Shown piece by piece: positions 58,938 through 64,000 of a DNA stretch of 64,000 nucleotides (position 1 is its first letter; each line of letters begins with the position of its first letter). The notes beneath the pieces are model-generated. The model did not search any database, had not been told where the DNA came from, and saw only the letters and a program-made list of their open reading frames with translations. Origin of the DNA: an uncultured bacterium (GTDB taxonomy: Bacteria; Zixibacteria; MSB-5A5; JAABVY01; JAHJOQ01); the NCBI GenBank assembly GCA_965369655.1, contig CBDUQR010000010.1, positions 1-64,000 of the forward strand. Direction: 5' to 3'. Made by a program: the position numbers and the translations under genes.

Positions 58938-60272
58938 ATGGACAGGATTTCAATAGTAGACGAGTTAGCATCTAAAGGCAAGCTCTTATCCCTTCCGCAA
59001 GTGCTCTCGGAGCTGCTTGAGGAGACTAACAAAGAGGATTTCTCATCGAAAAAACTCTGCGAGATAATCCTCAAAGATCCATCGCTTGCCAGTAAGATTC
59101 TACAGCTTGCCAACTCCGCGTTCTATGCGCGTCCAAGAGAGGTGTCCAGCATAAACCAGGCCATCTCCATTCTTGGTATCACTACAGTCAAGTGCTTTGC
59201 TCTGGCAACATCCATATTTCACCCCGAGCGAATTGCATCAACAACGGGGCTGGATGCTCGTGAACTGTTTGCGTATGTCATGACTCTGGCGTCAACTGCA
59301 GAAAAAATCGCACACGTTGCCTGTCCAGAGCACACGGAAGAAGCATTTATCGCAGGACTCCTGGCAGATGCAGGCATCATATACCTTGTTCAGCATTATC
59401 CTGACGAATACAGGGAAGTCGTGAGCAGAGTTCACAAGGGCGCCGAAATCAGCGGAGTCGAACGAGATGTGATTGGCATGGACCACAGTGAACTGGGGCT
59501 CCACCTGACAAAGTCCTGGCGCCTTCCAGCATCAATCACAAGTGCTGTGGGAAGTCACCATGAGGTCTACTCAATCACTGAGGACGAAGACCTGTCAAAT
59601 GTTGTCAAACTTGCCGCGCTGTTGACCCGTGACAGTCTGCACCAGCACGAGTGCGAACAGGAAAAGAGACTCCAGACCATAGAGCAACTGACTGAACTGC
59701 TCGGAATCGACCGCGAACTGGTCAGTTCCCTGGCCAAAGACTCGCTGTTCGGAGCCATTGAATTAGCCAGGAATCTTGGCATCGACATTGGCGATGCCGA
59801 AGGTCTGCTGGGCAGGGCTAACCAGGAGATATGGAGATCATACGAAGTAATTCAGCGCCTATACAAGGAACGTGAAGAGCTGGCAGCGAAATTGTTGCAG
59901 CAGGAGCGTCGCAAGGCGGCTGATGCGGCAAGAAATGTGGCCTTAGCTACGTTATCTCACTATCTGAACAACGCGCTCTGCATCATCTCGGGGAGAGTGC
60001 AGATCATGAGTATGCTGCGCAATCAGGGCAAAATAGAGAAACTGGTTGCGGAGACCGACACAACTAAACAGCATGTCTGCAATGCAATCCAGAGGGTGCT
60101 GGCTGTCATGCGCGAAATGAGAGAAATCTCGGCTTTCGAGGAAATCGACCACTTTGAGGAGTCCGATGCACTCAACATTGATGATCGGATTAAGCGACGT
60201 CTGGAAAAAATGCAGAACGAACCAGACTATCTACTACCAGTCGGCAGACGACCAGAGACATACTCAGACTGA
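58938..60272 (+). CDS. HDOD-domain signalling protein with a coiled coil and HisKA-like (DHp) helix but no ATPase domain
   Basis: LLSLPQV, DPSL..KIL..ANS, AI..LG, AGLLADAG, DHSELG, W.LP and HH; C-terminal TLSHYLNNAL. Confidence 0.85.
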   Translation: MDRISIVDELASKGKLLSLPQVLSELLEETNKEDFSSKKLCEIILKDPSLASKILQLANSAFYARPREVSSINQAISILGITTVKCFALATSIFHPERIASTTGLDARELFAYVMTLASTAEKIAHVACPEHTEEAFIAGLLADAGIIYLVQHYPDEYREVVSRVHKGAEISGVERDVIGMDHSELGLHLTKSWRLPASITSAVGSHHEVYSITEDEDLSNVVKLAALLTRDSLHQHECEQEKRLQTIEQLTELLGIDRELVSSLAKDSLFGAIELARNLGIDIGDAEGLLGRANQEIWRSYEVIQRLYKEREELAAKLLQQERRKAADAARNVALATLSHYLNNALCIISGRVQIMSMLRNQGKIEKLVAETDTTKQHVCNAIQRVLAVMREMREISAFEEIDHFEESDALNIDDRIKRRLEKMQNEPDYLLPVGRRPETYSD

Positions 60273-60353
60273 ATTCCTGCTATAGGGCTTGTTAAGAACC
60301 CCTCGCCAGTTAGTAGCTCATGCCCACTCGGGGCATGAGTCTTTTTCAGAGAC
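60273..60353. repeat. Direct repeat, right copy (81 bp), starting immediately after the HDOD stop codon
   Basis: attcctgctatagggcttgttaagaacccctcgccagttagtagctcatgcccactcggggcatgagtctttttcagagac. Confidence 0.95.
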
Positions 60354-60354
60354 C

Positions 60355-60381
60355 GTCACGCCTCAAGCAGGCGTGACCTAC
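60355..60381. repeat. GTAG-headed REP-like palindrome
   Basis: Minus strand reads GTAG-GTCACGCC-TGCTTGA-GGCGTGAC. Confidence 0.6.
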
Positions 60382-60580
60382 AAGACTTCGAATGCGAAAA
60401 TGTGAATCGCTGCTATGTCCTGCATTTGAATCTCACGCTTCACCAGTACGGTCCTGATTCGATCCAGGGGAACAGATATCGATAATTGACCCGCAGGAGT
60501 GAGTCAGACCGATTTCGTCGTCAATGCCTTTGATTGAATTATGGGTGGGCATCTGCCGGATACAACTCGAGAAAAGAAAT

Positions 60581-60625
60581 ATCAAGTCTCTCCGCTCGCT
60601 TCGCGAACTCTGAGATTTGACCTAC
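60581..60625. repeat. GTAG-headed REP-like palindrome
   Basis: Minus strand reads GTAG-GTCAAATCTC...GAGACTTGAT with an internal TTCGC/GAAGCGAGC hairpin region. Confidence 0.5.
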
Positions 60626-60685
60626 CCAACTGCCTATAGTCAAAGACAAATACAATATTGCTCTCCTGGCGCACCCCAGCGGAAC

Positions 60686-60720
60686 AAGAGAAGACCCGAC
60701 CTGCAAAGCGGGCCGGGTCA
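60686..60720 (-). terminator. Probable terminator of the outer-membrane protein gene
   Basis: Minus strand reads gacccggcccgc-ttt-gcaggtcgggtc-ttctctt. Confidence 0.6.
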
Positions 60721-60766
60721 ACATTCTTCCATACTTACCATGCACGTTTACTGTGCGCCGGAATAT

Positions 60767-61312
60767 CTATTCCCATCTAAAGAAAGCGAAATTCGCCATT
60801 ACACCAAATGTATTTGAGCTGACCGATTCCATGGTCTCGAACTGATAGAATGCTGTTAACCCAAGACCAGTTGACCGCGTTACCATGAGGAGGATTCCGC
60901 CTTCGACGTTGAAAAGAGAACCTGTGGAACTGTTTCCGTTCGAAGCGCCGATAAGCGTGAAGGTGCCACCAATTAGTGGGTAAACCGCGCCAGGCAGAGG
61001 TTTCTCCTGATTTGCTCCGAAGAAATAGGCGGCTTTTGGACCTATACCCCAAGCGGTATATGTGTCATCTCCGAAAGAAATCGACTGGAAGAGGAGATTG
61101 CCGCCCAACATAAACCCAGGCGCGAGAAACGTACCGATTCCCCCATTGAAGTTAATCGTGGTCAGCCGATCATCAACATCTTCAATTCCCCCGCTTGAGA
61201 AAGAAACAGAGCCATCGAACATCAGGCTTCCTTTGTCAACCGGTGATGACTGACCAGCGACATTGCCAACCAGCAGTAAAAAGAGCCCGAGCGATAGAAT
61301 AGTCTTTTTCAT
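60767..61312 (-). CDS. Small outer-membrane beta-barrel protein
   Basis: GGAGG RBS, signal peptide MKKTILSLGLFLLLVGNVAG, alternating amphipathic strands and an aromatic C-terminus. Confidence 0.8.
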   Translation of the reverse strand: MKKTILSLGLFLLLVGNVAGQSSPVDKGSLMFDGSVSFSSGGIEDVDDRLTTINFNGGIGTFLAPGFMLGGNLLFQSISFGDDTYTAWGIGPKAAYFFGANQEKPLPGAVYPLIGGTFTLIGASNGNSSTGSLFNVEGGILLMVTRSTGLGLTAFYQFETMESVSSNTFGVMANFAFFRWE

Positions 61313-61820
61313 TGTATTACCTCCATGAATGTGACTTAGGATAATCCCGAAATGCATACTTCCTCCTTATAGTGAATTTGCGCTTAAGACCAATTGTGCC
61401 GCAATAATATTTGCTGTTGTATGGCATGTCAAGGCTTTAATTGGCATTCCTTCCATCTTGTCGTGACACACTCTACAGACACAGATGGGGGAGTCGCTAC
61501 AGGTCAGGCCCACTTGGAGCCTGACAAGTCTGGCGCATCACGCCCTCCTTTGTCAAACTCAGAACGGGCCCTTCGCAAGGTTCATGACGCATAATCTGAG
61601 ACCTAATCCCAATCCCTAAGCCTCAAAGCCTCTATACTGGCTGCCCCACTGCCGATAATATACAAATGGATGTGACCGATAATAGACTTGAACAAAGATA
61701 TTTGCGAATCGGCTCAGGAGTTTTCAATCTGGAGGGATTGGATGTTGAGCGCGTGGTGAGAATTCGGAAACAACGACCGGAGAAGATAGTCTGAGATAAC
61801 TTGTGAGCAAGAGAAAAACC

Positions 61821-61849
61821 TTGACAAACGTCTGAACATTTGCTATCCT
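61821..61849 (+). promoter_or_regulatory. Sigma70-type promoter
   Basis: TTGACA-N17-TATCCT with an A-rich upstream tract. Confidence 0.7.
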
Positions 61850-62214
61850 GTTTATGATTATTAGGTTAGTAAGCCAAGTTGACGTTCCTATCTGTTACTG
61901 TTCTTGCTTGCTAAGGAGTGCCTTAGTCAGGCGGTTGGCTTGTGGAAAGTGGCAATCCTGCCCGGTTTGCCAGCGAGTCAATTGTGGCTGAGTTGTTGCT
62001 CTGGATAATGCTCAACAGATTTCGACACGTAAGAATTTGGAATGAGATTAACAGAAGTGTTTGACCCCTTAGTTGTGGGAAGGAGGGATTTCACGGGAAG
62101 ACATCTGATTTGTGAATTTCTTTCACATCAGTTCGAAGCAGATTAGTAATCTTTTGACCCGTTTTGTCGTATGTGCGGCAAAGCCCAAAGCTACCGTATT
62201 GAGAGGAGCGAGAA

Positions 62215-64000
62215 ATGCCAAGAAAGACTTTAATTCTCTTTGTTCTCTCCGCATTCATCTTGACCGTAATGGTCAGTTCAGCGCTCGCAGGAGTGAAATC
62301 CGAGAAGCAGCGCGTAAGTAAGTTGATCACCGGCTTTGAAGAGAGTAACGGAGAGTTCGTTCATAGCGCCTATTATGGTCCGTCCGCTTCACCTGGCCGG
62401 ACAATGGGTACTACATATTATGATTACCAGCATAACGGTTCCATGGGGCGACAGGTATCCTACATGCCAGGTACCCAGTGGCTGCATTTCGTCTGGATGA
62501 AGGGGCATTCACCTACGTCCGATACTGCTCGGAAGATCGCGTACAACGCACTGAATCTTCAAGTCAACGCCTGGGCGCACAATTTCGGAGCGGAGGGCGG
62601 TAAGATATTTCCAGAGGGTCTTCCCGGCGAAGACATCGGTGGTTATACGGGTTGTGACGTCAGGTCGGACGGTGGAGTCGTTATAGCTTATCACGGCGGT
62701 CCCGATGAGACGAATTACGGCTCGCGCGCAGGTTATGATACATACATACCGAACGCTTACATTGTTTTCGGAGCCGCGCCTTTACCACCGAACTGTGAAA
62801 ACGTAATCACCGGTAAGTATGAAATCGACAGCAAGTACATTTGGCCGATTGTGGACTGGTCGGATTCATCCGGCACAAGCATCATCCATATGATTGCTAT
62901 GGAATCTCAACAGGTCGTCGAGAACATTCAATCCATGATCTACTACCGTCAGGAAGCCAATGGCTCCTGGGGGACCTGCGGTAATTTCATTGATTCCATC
63001 TACAGCTTAACCCCTGTGGTTCGTGTAGACCCCACCGACCACAGTCACATGGCCATAGTCTACGGTAAGCCAATCTACTACGATGGTGATCCTAACGACC
63101 CATGCGGCTGGACGCAGTGGCAGAACGATGTCGTCTACGTCGAGTCTTTCGACTATGGCAAGAGCTGGAGCGGCATTATAAACGTCACCGATTACAGCGA
63201 GGGTGGAACGGTAGACATCAGCACTCTGGTCAATGGCCTTTGCTACACCGACCTCAGCGCCATGTTCGACACTGGCGGCAAGCTGCACATTGTGTGGAAC
63301 ACTGCCATGCGCAACGTAGCCGGTGGCGAGGGCTGTGACCCTGATCCGGCCACGTCCAGAATCTGGCACTGGGATGACGGCCTCGGCGCATGCATCACGA
63401 TCGTCTATGATGCGGCCACTCCGAGTAGAGACTTGGATCCGGGTGCGTTCAACCTGTCGGCCTCCAAGCCGAACATATCAGAGTGTGACGACAAGTTCTA
63501 TGTTTCGTTCACCAGATTCGGCGCTTTGGCCGACGGCGACTATAACCTGGATAATTCTGAGGGCGGCCAGGCGAACGGTGAGATATTCCTGACCGGTTCC
63601 ACGAACGGTGGCGTCACCTGGGGTGAGGCGATCAACCTGACAAACTCGCCGACGCCCGACTGCCTTTCGGGAGAATGCGATAGTGACCACTGGTCGTCCA
63701 TGGCAATGTACTCGAGCGACTCGGTCCACATTCAGTACATCAATGACACAGACGCCGGCGGCAGCGTCCAGGGTGAGGGCGCCGTGACCGAAAGCCCGGT
63801 TAAATACCTCTCGCACCCCTGCTTCATTCCGGAGGGGTATTGTAAAGTTGGGCACACTCCCACCTCGATCGGTTACCCGATGCATATCGCGCCGGACGAC
63901 TTGTCGACTGGCTGTACAGCGAGCACCGACACAACGTTTATTATTATGCTGACCAACACCGGCAACGAGGACACAGACTATGCCATCTCCGAGTCCTCCG
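62215..64000 (+). CDS. Large secreted Cys/Asp-rich protein (runs off the right edge)
   Basis: Not in the ORF track (no stop in the window). GAGGAG RBS and ATG 62215; signal peptide MPRKTLILFVLSAFILTVMVSSALA; GTTYYDYQHNGSMGRQV; Asp-box-like motifs SFDYGKSW and STNGGVTW. Confidence 0.85.
   Translation, partial: MPRKTLILFVLSAFILTVMVSSALAGVKSEKQRVSKLITGFEESNGEFVHSAYYGPSASPGRTMGTTYYDYQHNGSMGRQVSYMPGTQWLHFVWMKGHSPTSDTARKIAYNALNLQVNAWAHNFGAEGGKIFPEGLPGEDIGGYTGCDVRSDGGVVIAYHGGPDETNYGSRAGYDTYIPNAYIVFGAAPLPPNCENVITGKYEIDSKYIWPIVDWSDSSGTSIIHMIAMESQQVVENIQSMIYYRQEANGSWGTCGNFIDSIYSLTPVVRVDPTDHSHMAIVYGKPIYYDGDPNDPCGWTQWQNDVVYVESFDYGKSWSGIINVTDYSEGGTVDISTLVNGLCYTDLSAMFDTGGKLHIVWNTAMRNVAGGEGCDPDPATSRIWHWDDGLGACITIVYDAATPSRDLDPGAFNLSASKPNISECDDKFYVSFTRFGALADGDYNLDNSEGGQANGEIFLTGSTNGGVTWGEAINLTNSPTPDCLSGECDSDHWSSMAMYSSDSVHIQYINDTDAGGSVQGEGAVTESPVKYLSHPCFIPEGYCKVGHTPTSIGYPMHIAPDDLSTGCTASTDTTFIIMLTNTGNEDTDYAISESS

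Noticed and set aside
58623-60353. Integron cassette (attC) interpretation of the direct repeats
   Set aside because: No RYYYAAC...GTTRRRY bounded palindrome and no integron integrase; the palindrome present is a terminator.
62110-62128. TTGTGAA-TTTCT-TTCACAT as a second Rex or CRP site
   Set aside because: The spacer does not fit Rex (N4 between heptamers) or CRP (N6 between TGTGA and TCACA); it is better explained as part of a longer RNA hairpin.

Overview
A 64 kb chromosomal window from a moderately GC-rich, probably anaerobic diderm bacterium. T9SS-type C-terminal sorting domains, a PorZ-like propeller and a TonB/ExbBD/TPR cluster suggest an FCB-superphylum lineage such as Zixibacteria; this is inference only. 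Most of the content is housekeeping: tonB-exbD-exbD-exbB, a DinG helicase, citryl-CoA lyase, a Rex-box-preceded operon joining a 2-oxoacid:ferredoxin oxidoreductase to a HydABC/Bfu-like flavin-FeS module with no H-cluster, a pilin, tRNA-Leu(CAG), mazG, valS, rpmB, a dcw cluster (mraZ to ftsZ, without murB or ddl), lnt and purM. The most unusual observations are: (1) a roughly 65-nt structured RNA candidate ending in GCCA whose 3' half plus terminator is duplicated around an HDOD-DHp gene, resembling an integrase-less islet inserted into an ncRNA; (2) a small protein carrying the motifs of the eukaryotic Janus/PHPT1 phosphohistidine phosphatase; (3) an lnt-porZ-FemAB/GNAT-GT4-GT4-GT2 operon converging on a C25 peptidase, possibly a T9SS cargo-anchoring glycan pathway; (4) a stack of REP/REPIN palindromes that stays in frame in the 5' end of a lipoprotein gene; (5) an AT-rich AbiL-like (ATPase plus RloB) defence pair; (6) a probable ATT start codon for murE. 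All protein family calls come from motif recognition by eye, not from database searches.
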